From NCBI GenBank assembly GCA_030390025.1, contig CM059432.1, forward strand, positions 141,672,001 to 141,736,000: 64,000 bases of DNA. Reading direction: 5' to 3'. A program made the translations under genes and the position numbers. This document shows positions 48,355 through 61,779 of the stretch, one piece after another. Origin of the DNA: Squalus acanthias (Eukaryota). Positions within the stretch are counted from its first letter, which is position 1. Each line of letters opens with the position of its first letter. Below the pieces are notes generated by a model. That model was not told the DNA's origin. It saw only the letters and a program-made list of their open reading frames with translations, and did not search any database.

Positions 48355-48689
48355 AAAGTTCAAGGGAGAAAACCAAACCCCTCCTGGCGTTACACAGCAA
48401 CCCATCAACCATCGGAAGACACACTTCAAGAGCTGCAATTGGGATCAGCTCTGAGGTCGCAAGACTCGCAAACGAGTCTGTCTGCATTCTGGGCCATTGT
48501 GTATTGGGCCCCTCCCCCGCTCAGCTACTGTCTAGTTCTCTGCGCGGTATTTAATTGGAAGTGCGTGCATGCGTGCGTGCTCTGGAACGCACCTTACAGG
48601 GAACAGTGCTAATGGGTGATTGGGAGCGGGAAGTTGGAAAACTGCCTGTAATATTGATAGGGTATAGAAACTGGGACTATTCATCTGTT

Positions 48690-49155
48690 GTCAGCTGTGG
48701 CTCAGTGGGTAGCACTCTCGCCTCTTGCGTCAGATCGCTGCAGGTTCAAGTCCAACTGCAGAGACTTGAGCACAAAATCTAGTCTGACACTCCCAGTGTA
48801 GTACGGAGGGAGTGCTGCACCGTCAGAGGTGCCGTATTTAATATGAGACGTTAAACCGAGGCCCTGTCTGCCCTCTCAGGTGGACATAAAAGTTCCCACA
48901 GCACTATTTCAAAGAAGAGCAGGGGAGTTCTCCCCAGTGTCCCGGCCAATATTTGTCCTTCAACCAACATCACTAAAACAGGTTACCTGGTCGTTATCAC
49001 ATTGCTGTTTGTGGGACCTTGCTGTGTATAAACTGGCTGCCCGTTTCCTACACTGCTACAGTGACTGCACTTCAAAAGTATTTCATTGGCTGTAAAGTGC
49101 TTTGTGACGTCCTGAGGTATTGAAAGGCGCGATAGAAATGCAAGTATTTATTTCA
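48690..49155 (+). mobile_element. DeuSINE, full length
   Basis: tRNA head, core and tail. Confidence 0.85.
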
Positions 49156-49324
49156 TTGTAACTGGCACATAAGAAAGATTCTTTATTGAAGCCCAGCTGG
49201 AATAGTCTATTATTATTCTAATGAAAGTCGAATTCCATATTGCATGAGAAGCTCCCCATAGTAGTGGCTAAAAGGAAGGAATGAGAACCCATCTATGGTA
49301 AAAAAATGTTGTCTAAGTCTTAGA

Positions 49325-50362
49325 AACAACAACTTGTATTTGTATAGCACCTTTAACATAGTAAAATGTCCTAAGTCGAAAGGAGTGTTATAGAACAAAA
49401 TTTGACACCGAGCCACATAAAGAGAAATTAGGGCAGATGACCAAAAGCTTGGTCAAAGAGGTAGGTTTTAAGGAGAGTCTTAAAGGAGGAAAGAGAGGTA
49501 GGGAGGCAGAGAGGTTTAGGAAAGAATTGCAGAGCATAGGGCCGAGGCAGCTGAGGGCACGTCCACCAATGATTGAGCGATTAAAGTCAGGGATGCTCAA
49601 GAGGCCAGAATTAGGGGAGCGCAGATATCAGATATCTTGGGGAGTTGTGGGGCTGGAGGAGATTACAGAGATAGGGAGGTGCAAGGCCATGGAGGGATTT
49701 GAAAACAAGGATGAGAATTTTGAAATCGAAGCTTAACGGAGAGCCAATGTAGGTCAGCGAGCACAGGGGTGATGGGTGAATGGGACTTGGGGTGCGAGTT
49801 AGGACACGGCAGCCGAGTTTTGGATGACCTCGAGTTTACGTAGGGAAGAACATGGGAGGCCAGCCAGGAATGTGTTGAATAATCAAGTCTAGAAGTAACA
49901 AAGGCATGGATGAGGGTTTCAGCAGCGGATGAGCTGTGGCAAGGGCGGAGACGGGCGATGTTACGGAGGTGGAAGTAGACGGTCTTAGTTATGGCGCAGA
50001 TATGTGGTCGGAAGCTCATTTCAGGGTCAAATATAACACCAAGGTTGCGTACAGTCTGGTTCAGCCTCAGACGGATGCTAGGGAGAGGGATGGTGTTGGT
50101 GGCTAGGGAATGGAGTTTGTGGCGGGGACCAAAGTCAGTAGTTTCGGTCTTCCCAATATTTAATTGGAGGAAATTTCTGCTCATCCAGTACTGGTTGTCG
50201 GACAAGCAGTCTAACAATTTAGACAGTGGAGGGGTCGAGAGAAGTGGTGGTGAGGTAGAGCTGGGTGTTGTCAGCGTACATGTGGAAACTGACGCTGTGC
50301 TTTCGGATGATGTCGCCGAGGGGCAGCATGTAAATGAGAAATAGGAGGGGGCCAGGGATAGT
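49325..50362 (-). mobile_element. L2 RT-to-3' fragment
   Basis: [40 protein letters not shown] and AFVTSRLDY motifs. Confidence 0.9.
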
Positions 50363-50365
50363 TGA

Positions 50366-50822
50366 GAAAGACTTGCATTTATATAATGTCTTTCACGACC
50401 TCAGGACGTCCCAAAGCGCTTTATAGCCAATGAAGTACTTCTTGAAGTGCAGTCACTGTTGTAATGTAGGAAACGCGGCAGCCAATTTGCACACAGGAAG
50501 CTCCCACAAACAGCAATGTGATAATGACCAGATAATCTGTTTTAGTGATGTTGATTGAGGGATAAATATTGGCCAGGACACCGGGGATAACTCCCCTGAA
50601 CTTCTTCGAAATAGTGCAATGGGATCTTTGACGTCCACCTGAGAGAGTAGACGGAGCCTCGGTTTAATGTCTCATCTGAAAGACAGTACCTCCAACCGTG
50701 CAGCACTCCCTCAGTACTGCACTGGAGTGTCACCCTAGATTTTTGTGCTCATGTCTGTGGAGTGGGACTTGAACCCACAACCTTCTGATTCAAAGGCAAG
50801 GGTGCTACCAACTGAGCCACAG
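50366..50822 (-). mobile_element. DeuSINE, full length
   Basis: tRNA head, core and tail. Confidence 0.85.
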
Positions 50823-51809
50823 GCTTTGTAGTCTCCCTTTAACTTGGTCACAAAAGGAGTTTATAAACCAGCTGCAGTCAGCATTATGTCCCCTGGCCTT
50901 ACTCAATACAGATGTTTCAAAGTTTTGTGGGTTATCTCTGGAGCTTGAGGGAGGAGCCAAGCTACATTCAGACAAACGCACACTGTGCAGATTTTCTGTT
51001 ATGTGTACAAGCAGCAGTTACTTTTGAATATGTTATTTAAAATCAACAAACCCGGGCAAGTGTTCAAATTTAAATCAGTTAGGTCTGTTCAAAAATCTTG
51101 GGAGCGGAGTGGAGTCGAGTCAAGTCAGCTGGAACCGTCAGAGGAAACTAGGCAGGGCTGGCTAGCTCCTGTGGTCAGAAAAAGGTTACAAGGAAAGAAT
51201 ATTAAGTATATAAGATTAACTGCAAAATAGTAGTTTAATATTTGGATTTATTGTTTTTATTTGAGTAAGTTGGTTAGTATAACTGTTATAAATATATTCA
51301 TTCGTTCATCTTTTGTTCCATACATTCACTTTTTTAGTTAAAGTCTGAAATGAGGTCTGATTTTGTGATGCTCTACCGCTTTGGGAAGATATGAAAGAGC
51401 AATTTACAGAGAGGTTTTCTGTTTGTCATCCTGGGCGGGCTACCAAAAAACTTATCTGGATATCAGGAGCTGAGAATTCACCTATGGAAGTAAACTAAAT
51501 GCAGTACTCGTGGTATCTAGAGCAAGAGGGGCAGAAAAGACCCCAAAAACCGTACCACAGTGACGCAGAGCAGAAAGCAGAACCAAAAAAACTGCTCTGT
51601 CAAACTCTACATTTCCCTTCTGCAGTAAGGTCCACCCAGCAGCATTTGATGGTGAGTGAGCTTCTCCAAGTCGCTGCAGTATATATATTCTTTGTGGTGA
51701 GCAGGATTGAGCTGGCTCCAAAATAACATACCTGGTGATAGAGTTTGGAACTGAACCAATCCTCTATTGCAGACTCGGTATTGCTGAGCCAAGGCAGGTC
51801 TGCAGTACT

Positions 51810-52090
51810 CCAGGGATAAGGGGTAAGCCATTTAGGACTGAGATGAGGAGGAATTTCTTCACCCAGAGAGTGGTGAACCTGTGGAATTCTCTACCACAGA
51901 AGGCAGTAGAGGCCAATTCATTAAATATATTCAAGAAGGAGTTAGATATATTTCTTAAAGCTAAAGGGATATGGGGAGAAGGCAGGGACAGGGTACTGAA
52001 TTTGGATGATCAGCCATGATCTCATTGAATGGCGGAGCAGGCTCGAGGGGCTGAACAGCCTGCTCCTGCTCCTATCTTCTATGTTTCTAT
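51810..52090 (+). mobile_element. CR1 3' end, same subfamily as 41868-43700
   Basis: IRGKPFRTEMRRNFFTQRVVNLWNSLPQKAVEANSLN, near-identical to the long copy. Confidence 0.85.
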
Positions 52091-52644
52091 AACTGATGGT
52101 TGACCAGTCAGCCTGGTTCATTAATGGGACTTGGAGGGGATTTGGGGCTAGGATTTTTCAGCAGCTGGTAACACTACAAACCAATGTCCCAACAGGTAGT
52201 TTGGCCCTGGCTGGACAAGTAGCGGGTAGCTTACCTGTGCTGTGTTAGTAAATAAACAATGAGTAATAGACACCGTCGTTAGTCGTGTGATCTCAATACT
52301 CATATTCGCACGGCATGTGCATGTGAACGATAACCTTTTTGTGTGTTTGTTGGTAAAATGGTGAGTTGAAAAACAGTGTGCGAGTGCTTTTTAATCATTG
52401 TGCGTACTCCGCTTCCTTGGTTGCTGCATACTGGTTCTCTGCTGAAACGGTGTGTAGCACAGGTGAAAACACCGAACCTCAGCACCATGGAAACACCAGT
52501 AACGTTGTATGGAGAGGGGAGCCGTCATCGTGGTCAGCTTGGCTAATCACAATAACCGCTCCAGGCCAGCGGGAGAAAGCAAACCGAACCAATTAACTAG
52601 CAGCTCCAACAGGGCATGTCATGGCAATGGGCAAGCAGCATCCA

Positions 52645-52855
52645 ACTGCGTTCTGGATGGAGAGCGGGGGGCAGGTCTGGAGCGTCTTGTCGTGCGAGTC
52701 AACATTCTCAGCAATCACTCTGATAAAAGTCAAAGTCCCGCTCGCAACGCTGGACAAAGACCTAGAAGCTGCACTAAGATGTGTTGTGTCTGATAAATTC
52801 ATGCCTGAATTCCAAACTTTGGTGAAGGAGAAAGACTGCAAAGTTTCGCGCGGAA
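52645..52855 (+). pseudogene. hAT (Charlie/SPIN/Buster-type) transposase C-terminal dimerisation-domain remnant
   Basis: FW...SCESTFSAITLIKVK...DKDLEAALRCVVSDKFMPEFQTLVKEKDCKVS resembles the CE..FS....IK...R..L.D..L...LR...PDF..LV..KQCQ.SH ending of this family. Confidence 0.55.
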
Positions 52856-53294
52856 ATGGTAATGTTTGTTTAGTAAATATCCATGTGCAAAATACATTTA
52901 CCTGTATTGTGTGTAAGGCGTTTTCTACTAAAATTAGTGCATGTGGATAAAACAATGCCTCTGTCATCACACCTGGGGCTAGTCAGCACATTCTATGGGA
53001 CAACACTGGGGTAAGGTATGGCCAACTGAGTAATGAATCCACCCCTCTCCCCTTCCCCATGAACGAGTATAGAAAACTAACCAGGTTATTTTCTATATTG
53101 GCAACCCACCTGGTTGAGATGCTGCTGCCCAGCAGTCTGGTACCACTCTGGTTTGTTCCCAAAACAATCCCAAGGGCACTGTTTGGTTTAATTTAAAAAT
53201 AAACTGTTAAAAAACTTAAGTATACATTGAAAACACTTTAAAAAAAAATTGTAAAGAAACTTCAATGCTGATTGCTCCCTGTGGCCTTTAGAAA

Positions 53295-53740
53295 GAAAAA
53301 AAAACTTGCATTTACATAGCGCCTTTCATGACCCCAGGACATCCCAAAGCGCTTCACAGTAAATGTAGTCACTGTTGTGATGTAGGAAAAGCGACAGGCA
53401 ATCTGCGCACCGCAAGGTCCCACAAACAGCAATGTGACAATGGCCCACCTGTTTTTAGGTTTTGATTGAGGGATAAATATTGGCCAGGACACCAGGGAGA
53501 ACACCCCTGCTCTTCTTCGAAATAGTGCCCTGGGATCTTTTCCGTCCACCTGAGAGGGCAGACGAGACATTGGTTTAACGTCTCATCGGAAAGACGGCAC
53601 CTCCGACAGTGCAGCACTCCCGCAGTACTGCACTACAGCGTCAGCCCTGGATTTTGTGTTCATGTCTCTGGAGTGGGACTTGAACCACACAACCTTCTGA
53701 CTCGGAGGCGAGAGTGCTGCCCAGTGAGCCACGGCTGACC
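53295..53740 (-). mobile_element. DeuSINE, full length
   Basis: tRNA head, core and tail. Confidence 0.85.
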
Positions 53741-54494
53741 ATTCCTTTAGCTCTGGAGTGTCCCTTGCCTACCACAAGCAGGCCTCACTGCCTCTTTGAC
53801 TGAGACCAGGTTCGATATAGGAGAGGAATCAATTATTCCATGGCGTTCTGCTGCATTTGCGTTGGGTAAACACCGGCTGACGAAGTTTGCCCCAAGATTC
53901 AGCGTTACCCACTTTCCTTCAATTTATTCTCCAGGACTGCCCGAAAAGAAGTGGATTCCCAGAAGAAAATCTGGCCCCTAACGTTTCAAAAGCTGGTAAT
54001 TTTGACTAGAAATTTGCATTTTTTTTTTGCTCATCACCTGCAAACTGCGGCAAGTAGGGGTTGAAATGAGTTTATTCTTCGGAAGCTCTTTGTGGAAGTG
54101 TGTCTATTTGAGGTTTTGCAGCATTTCTCACTCTCAGAGCTATTTTGAACTTCTCAGCTGTATATGTATTGAAAAGGCTGCAGAATCACACAAGATGTGC
54201 AAGAATATTTTTTTTTCTCGCAGTGCTCCTGTGGATGCTTCAGACGTTTACACGTGCTGTTAGCTTTGTGCACGGTACCAGCAATGAATTGCCACAGCAG
54301 TCGTGTTCTCCAAGGGGGGGAGCAGTGTCCTGCCCTATTAAGCTTAGACTTTATATCAGTTTGCATCAACCACATTAGGTGTTGGAATCAATTCAGCGAG
54401 AAGATGGAACATTGCCAGATACTCTGTGGTGAGAAAATTGCACCAAGAGCTTCATTCTCACACGCTATGGTTGGCTAATGCACAAGTTTATTTA

Positions 54495-55040
54495 TATTAC
54501 ATAGAATTACATTACATAGAATTTAAAGCACAGAAACAGGCCATTTGGCCCAACAAACGCCTATCCCGGCGTTTATGCTCCACACCAGCCTCCTCCATTT
54601 ATTTCATCTCACCCTATCAATATATTCTTCTATTCCTTTCTCCCTTATCTGTTTATGTAGCTTCCCCTTAAATGCATCGATGCTATTTGCCTCAACCACT
54701 CCCTGTGGTAGCGAGTTCCACATTCTCACCACACTCTGAGTAAAGAAGTTTCTCCTGAACTCCCTATTATGGCCTAAAAACACAGCAGGTCAGGCAGCAT
54801 CTGTGGAGAGAGAAACAGAGTTAACATTTCAGGTTGCTTAAAACCTGTTACATTGCTAACATTTTCCAGTTCCGATAAAAGGTCATCGACCTGAAACGTC
54901 AACTCAGTTTCTCTCTCCACAGATGCTACCTGACTTGCTGAGTATTTCCAGCATTTTCTGTTTTTATTTCAGATTTCCAGCATCTGCAGTATTTTGCTTT
55001 TGTATCCCTATTACGGCCCCCCAGTTTTGGACTCCCCCGA
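54495..55040 (-). mobile_element. CR1 3' end interrupted by a Penelope hairpin
   Basis: Same subfamily as 15178-15570. Confidence 0.75.
54775..55004. mobile_element. Penelope-like hairpin element, family B, inserted in CR1 3' end
   Basis: Same arms as the 27051 copy, with a degenerate core; 14-bp TSD TCCCTATTAYGGCC (54761-54774, 55005-55018). Confidence 0.72.
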
Positions 55041-56989
55041 CATATTGAGACTAGGTAGTTCATGGAGGAGAGTGCAAGAAAATAGCAGGGTGAACTTGGA
55101 CAACTGCAAACAGGCAAAGAAAAAGCAGTGTAGTTAATGGTGTCTACCAGGACCAGAAAAATACATTTTAACATTCTCAGCATTTGATAGAACAGAATTG
55201 GAACACAAGAGGATAAATTTTTCATATTTACATCCTGGCGTGCAGCTTTGTATATCAGGAGCACAATCAATGACTTTCGGAGTAGAGGCAAAGCAGGATA
55301 CCCCGTCCATTTATATTAGTTTGTAAAATCGATTCTCACGCTTTTAAAAACGCACACAGTAAATGATGCCAACAAGAATCATACAGGTGCAGTAAAGGGT
55401 TCATTTTGTGAGTCTTTGGGGGCGATTTCGCCAATGGAGGCGTTGGAGGCGGGACTGCTGCTTGTCGGGTCGATGTCCCGCCTCCATCGATTTGTGGCCA
55501 ACCCACGCTATTTTCCCTTGATTGACCTTGTTAAGCCCGCCCAGCGGGCTTGCAGGCCAATTAAGGGAAAGCCGGTGACAGAGAACATCAGCGTATGACG
55601 TTTCATCTGTCAAAAATTTTTGACAGATGAATTGTCATCGTTTGACAGCTCAGTGAAGCTGTCAAACACTGACATTCTCTGTAGTTTGAGGAGTTCTTGA
55701 ATTCAAGACTCATCAAACCTCTTTCTTTAGCAGAAATTAGATGGTTGTTGCACTTGAGAATGCAGCAGCCATCTGTCATCGCTGCCACGGAGGTGCAAGA
55801 CTTTCCGCATACTCAACTCTTGAAGCCTGCAGGAAGAAACAAAGGTAAGTAGACTTTTTCTAACACTTTCCACTTACCTCACATACTCACCTCTCCATAC
55901 TTGCACCCATCACTTACCTTCACAGTGCACTTTTGCACCCCTCCGACCCCCGCAGACCCATTACTCGCCTCGGTGACCCTGGCGGGGTTCGCAGCCTACG
56001 GGAAAAGCCTGCACTTGTGTGGGTAAAATGGGGATAATCGTCTTAACAGGCAGTTAAAGTGGCTGTAATCCCCTTCCCGCCTCCAAGGAGACGGGACCTG
56101 GCGCGGGTCAGCTACCCGCCTCCTGGCAAGATGGCACGGAGGCGGGTTGGGCACCCGCCCCCAAATTCTGCCATTTTCCCGACAGTCCCGCCTCCCCAGG
56201 GCTGGCAGGATGGCGCCCACTGATTCCAGTGCTAACCTCGCCAGTGGGCAGTGCAGCAGTGGTGAAATTGGCTGCTTTCCTGGTCCTCTGCTGGCGAGGT
56301 TCTGTACCGGGAGCGGACTCTCACAGAATGACTCCTGAAGGGTATTGTGAGTACAATAAAGAGATATTGGGGTGAATTCTAGGAGTTGGCACTTCCACCG
56401 TGAAGTTTGACCTGATGGAAAGGCAATCGGAAAATGGGGTGCCGATGTCAGCACACACGCTTCACAGCTTTCAACTGCATTGCGAGTGTGAGCCTTGTGC
56501 TCAAGTCTCTGGAGTAGATGGTAAGGTATGCAAGCTGGAGTGTTTCCTATCACTCTTGTAAGAGACAGTCGAATTAAAGGGTATCTTTGTAAAAAAAAAA
56601 TGCACACCTTCTGGTATTTCCAGGTGTAACTAATTAGTACCCTTGTACCAGCTCACGTCAGTATTGAAGACACAAGGTTGATTCATATGTCATGGCCCTT
56701 GAATTGATAGCTCCCTAATTAGGGAGGCGGCTATCAGCGTGATGTCTTCTGCCGGTGATTAAGTTGCCGGGAGGGGAAAAAAAGGACGTAATTAATAATT
56801 GGAATTTTAGTTCTGTAAATCTAAACCTGGAAATTATAGTTAAGACATGCCGCCTGTGTAGCTGATTGATACGGTTGAAAATGATCCACATCAGTGAATT
56901 GGCCACTTTGACTGTTGAAGTTACATGGAATGGGATTTTTTCTGTGATAGTTTAAGTTATTTAAGATCAAACATTGTTCATGTCAAACT

Positions 56990-59900
56990 AAAAAAAAAAA
57001 CGGTCTCAGTAAAAGTGACCATGAAGCTGTCGGATTATCGTAAAAACCCAACTGCTTCACTAATGTCGTTTTAGGGAAGGAAACCTGCCGTCCTTACCCG
57101 GTCTGGGCCTATACGTGACTCCAGTCCCACACCAACATGGTTGGCTCTTAACTGCACTCTGGAATGGCCCAGCAAGATCAAAAGTACTTAACTGGCTGTA
57201 AAACGCTTTGGGATGTCCCAAGGTCGTGAAAGGCGCTCAGTTGTAACAAACCGCTATGAAACACAATAATAAGAATGAAACCGGACAGACCACCCAGCAA
57301 CGACCTCGGCACCGGCTACGGACATTGCAACGGCACACCCAGCCCAGTCGACCCTGCAAAGTCCTCCTCACCAACATCTGGGGACTTGTGCCAAAATTGG
57401 GAGAGCTGTCCCACAGACTAGTCAAGCAACAGCCTGATATAGTCATACTCACAGAATCATACCTTTCAGCCAATGTCCCAAACTCCTCCATCACCATCCC
57501 TGGGTATGTCCTGTCCCACCGGCAGGACAGACCCACCAGGGGTGGCGGCACAGTGGTATACAGTTGGGAAGGAGTGGCCCTGGGAGTCCTCAACATTGAC
57601 TCTGGACCCTATGAAGTCTCATGGCTTCAGGTCAAGCATGGGCAAGGAAACCTCCTGCTGATTACCACCTACCATCCTTCCCTCAGCTGATGAATCAATA
57701 CTCCTCCATGTTGAACACCACTTGGAAGAAGCTCTGAGTGTAGCAGGGGCACAGAATGTACTCTGGGTGGGGGACTTCGATGTCCATCACCAAGAGTGGC
57801 TCGGTAGCACCACTACTGACCGAGTTGCCGAGTTCTGAAGGACATAGCTGCCAGTCTGGGCCTGTGACAGGTGGTGAGAGAAGCAACACAAGGGAAAAAC
57901 CTACTTGACCTCGTCCTCACCAATCTACCTGTCGCAGATGCATCTGTCCATGACAGTATTGATAGCAGTGACCCCGGCACAGTCATTGTGGAGACGAAGT
58001 CCTGTCTTCACACTGAGAACACCCTCCATCGTGTTGTGTGGCACTACCACCGTGCTAAATGGGATAGATTCAGAACAGATCTAGCAGCTCAAAACTGGGC
58101 ATCCATGAGGCGCTGTGGGCCATCAGCAGCAGCAGAATTGTATTCCACCACAATCTGTAACCTCATGGCCAGGGCATATCTCTCACTCTACCATTACCAG
58201 CAAGCCAGGGGACCAACGCTGGTTCAATAAGGAGTGTAGAAGAGCATGCCAGGAGCAGCACCAGGCGTACCTAAAAGTGAGGTGCCAACCTGGGGAAGTT
58301 GCAACACAGGACTACATGCATGCTAAAAAGCAGAAGCAGCATGCTATAGACAGAGCTAAGCGATCCCACAATCAATGGATCAGATCAAAGCTCTGCAGTC
58401 CTGTCACATCCAGTCGTGAATGGTGATGGACCATTAAACAACTAACGGGAGGAGGAGGCTCCATGAATATCGCCATCCTCAATGATGGTGGAGCCCAGCA
58501 CGTGAGTGCAAAAGACAAGGCTGAAGCGTTTGCAACCATCTTCAGCCAGAAGTGCCGAGTGGATGATCCATATCGGCCTCCTCCTGAGGTCCCCACCATC
58601 ACAGAAGCCAGTCTTCAGCTAATTCGATTCGCTCCACGTGATATCAAGAAACGGCTGAGCGCACTGGATACAGCAAAGGCTAGGGGCCCCAACAACATCC
58701 CGGCTATCGTGCTGAAGACTTGTGCTCCAGAACTAGCCGCGCCTCTAGCCAAGCTGTTCCAGTACAGCTACAATACTGGCATCTATCCGACAATGTGGAA
58801 AACTGCCCAGGTATGTCCTGTCCACAAAAAGGACAAATCCAATCCGGCCAATTACTGCCCCATCAGTCTACTCTCAATCATCAGCAAAGTGATGGAAGGT
58901 GTCATCGACAGTGCTATCAAGCGGCACTTATTCACCAATAACCTGCTCACTGATGCCCAGTTTGGGTTCTGTCAAGACCACTCGGCTGCCGACCTCATTG
59001 CAGCCTTGGTCCAAACATGGACAAAGGAGCTGAATTCCAGAGGTGAGGTGAGAGTGACTGCCCTTGACATCAATGTAGCATTTGACCGAGTGTGGCATCA
59101 AGGAGTCCTAGTAAAACTGAAGTCAATGGGAATTGGGGGGGGAAACTCTCCACTGGCTGGAGTCATACCTAGCACAAAGGAAGATGGTTGTGGTGGTTGA
59201 AGGGAAATCATCACAGCCCAAGGACATCGCTGCAGGAGTTCCTCAGGGCAGTTTCCTAGTCCCAACCATCTTCAGTTGCTTCATCAATGACCTTCCCTCC
59301 AACATAAGGTCAGAAATGGGGATGTTCGCTGATGACTGCACAGTGTACAGCGCCATTCACAACTCCTCAGATAATGAAGCAGTCCATGCCCGCATGCAAC
59401 AAGACCTGGAAGACGTTCAGGCTTGGGCTGATAAGTGGCAGGTGACATTCGCGCCACAGAAGTGTCAGGCAAAGACTATCTCCAACAAGCGAGAGTCTAA
59501 CCAAAGCCCCTTAACATTCAACAGCATTACCATCACCGAATCCCCCACCACCAACATCCTGGGGGTCACCATTGACCAGAAACTTAACTGGACCAGCCAC
59601 ATAAATACTGTGGCAACAAGAGCAGGTCAGAGGCTAGGTATTCTGTGGCGAGTGTCTCATCTCCTGACTCCCCAAAGCCTTTCCACCATCTACAAGGCAC
59701 AAGTAAGGAGTGTGATGGAATACTCTCCACTTGCCTGGATGAGTGCAGCTCCAACAACACTCAAGAAGCTCGACACCATCCAGGACAAAGTAGCCCACTT
59801 GATCGGCACCCCATCCACCACCTTAAACATTCACTCCCTCCACCACCGGCGTACCGTAGCTGCAGTGTGTACCATCTACAAGATGCACTGCAGCAACTCG

Positions 59901-60175
59901 CCAAGGCTTCTTCGGCAGCACCTCCCAAACCCGCGATCTCTTCCACCTCCTCCAAGTTCCCCTCCAGGTCACACACCATCCTGACTTAGAAGTATATCGC
60001 CAATCCTTCATCGTCGCTGGGTCAAAATCCTGGAGCTCCTCACCTAACAGCACTGTAGGAGTACCTTCACCACACAGACTGCTGCAGTTCAAGGCGGCGG
60101 CTCAAGGGCAATTAGGAATGGGCAATAAATGCTGGCCTTGCCAGCGACGCCCACATCCCATAAATGAATAACAAA
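56990..60175 (+). mobile_element. Near full-length, degenerate second CR1-group LINE family (APE endonuclease + RT)
   Basis: APE motifs (VLLTNIWGL, PDIVILTESYL, RGGGTVVY, LLDLVLTN) and RT motifs (NYCPISLLS, GVPQGS, MFADDC) across several frameshifted ORFs; 3' tail GGGCAATAAATGCTGGCCTTGCCAGCGACGCCCACATCCC. Confidence 0.9.
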
Positions 60176-60683
60176 AATGTAAACGCTAATCCTTTATTCT
60201 TTTCAGTTGTATCAAACTGCTACTATACAAACTACAGGAAGAACACCCAATACCATCATCTGAACGTCACCTAGGGATGGGCAATAAATACCGCCCTTGC
60301 TAGCGACGCCCACATCTCGAGAATGATTTTTTTTCAATGAATTGCCGAGCCAAAGATGATGTTAGGAGGGGTGACTAAAATACTCAGAAAATCAGCACCT
60401 ATAACTGTATTGCAACAGTTTATTCAATAGCCCAAGATCTAAACAAAGAGAGAAATCCAGTATAAAAAATATAAACTAAAAGACAATACAGTACACATTA
60501 AGTTAGGCAGAGATAACGACCAACATGGACTGTTGTACCTGTAATGAGTGAAGTTCAGCTGACTGACAGTAAGTTTCCATTTACTTTTAGTGTAGTCATC
60601 AATATTTAACCCTGTGATGGTATTAATACTGTTATCATGGAGGCAGTTAAATGAAGTAGTGTTAGTTAATCCATTGCTCTGCC

Positions 60684-61272
60684 CAGCTGTGGCTCAGTGG
60701 GTAGCACTCTCACCTCTGAGTCACAAGGTACTCAGAGACTTGAGTACAAAATCCAGGCTGACACTTCAGTGCAGTAGATTGATTCCTGGGCTGATAGGGT
60801 TGTCCTATGAGGAGAGATTGAGCCTACACTCTCTGGAATTTAGAAGAATGAGAGGTGATCTCATTGAAATAAGATTCTGAGGGGAATTGACAGGGTAGAT
60901 GCTGAGAGGTTGTTTCCCCTGGCTGGAGAGTCTAGAATTAGGTGGTATAGTCTCAGGATAAGGAGCTGGCCATTTGAGATGAGGAAGAATTTTTTCACTC
61001 AGGATTGTGAATCTTTGGAATTCTCTACCCCAAAGGGCTGTGGATGCTGAGTCGTTGTATATTCAAGGCTGAGATAGATAGATTTTTGGACTCTAGGAGA
61101 ATCGAGGGATATGGGGATCGGGTGGGAAAGTGGAGTTGAGGTTGAAGATCAGCCATGATCTTATTGATTGGCGGAGCAGGCACGAGGGGCCGTATGGCCT
61201 ACTCCTGCTCCTAATTCTTATTTTCTTAGTACTTTGGAAGCGCTGCTCTGTCGGAGGGGTCGTCTTTCGGAT
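60684..61272 (+). mobile_element. DeuSINE 5' part split by a CR1 3' end (60776-61228)
   Basis: The SINE head ends at gcagta; CR1 C-terminus and 3'UTR follow; the SINE resumes at agtactttggaagcgctgc. Confidence 0.78.
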
Positions 61273-61779
61273 ATTAAGTGCAGCCCTTTAAGAGCTGCTT
61301 GTGCCAAATATTCAACCCTCTGACCACTCTGTGCTCTCAGTGGTTGTGCTGAATATCTATTGAAGCCAACCTTGCTTTATAGTGTGAAGTCAGAGCAATA
61401 TGCTACAAGCACCCAAAGTAATGGTGCCTCGATGCTGTGATTGCATCACTGGCCTCATAGTTTAGGAAATGGTCCATCTTTTTGAGAGCTATCCTGAATG
61501 AAACTTTACCATCAGTTTGCATTCTTGCCACTACATTTTTCGATTGCAACTTGCTTACAAGACAGGAGGTGTTTTTAGTAACCTGTTGGTGCTAACCTTG
61601 TTATATCAGCTGACAGGAAAACGTTTTGCTGAGGATTGGCACACCCTGTTTTTTTTCTTTTCCAGATTAGATCTGACTCTTACATAATAATTCCACAGAG
61701 GTGATTCACGGAATGTGCAAAAAAAAATAATAACCTTCAACATTTAGCATTGAATATCCTTACCCTTGCCTTACAGGAG

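Noticed and set aside
48690..48770. tRNA genes (also at other SINE heads)
   Set aside because: The A/B boxes run directly into the SINE body; no complete cloverleaf.
55415..56400. GC-rich patch as a promoter
   Set aside because: Has GGGGCGATTT/AAATTCTGCC-type ends like the DNA-transposon remnants elsewhere in the window; boundaries could not be fixed, so it is not called.
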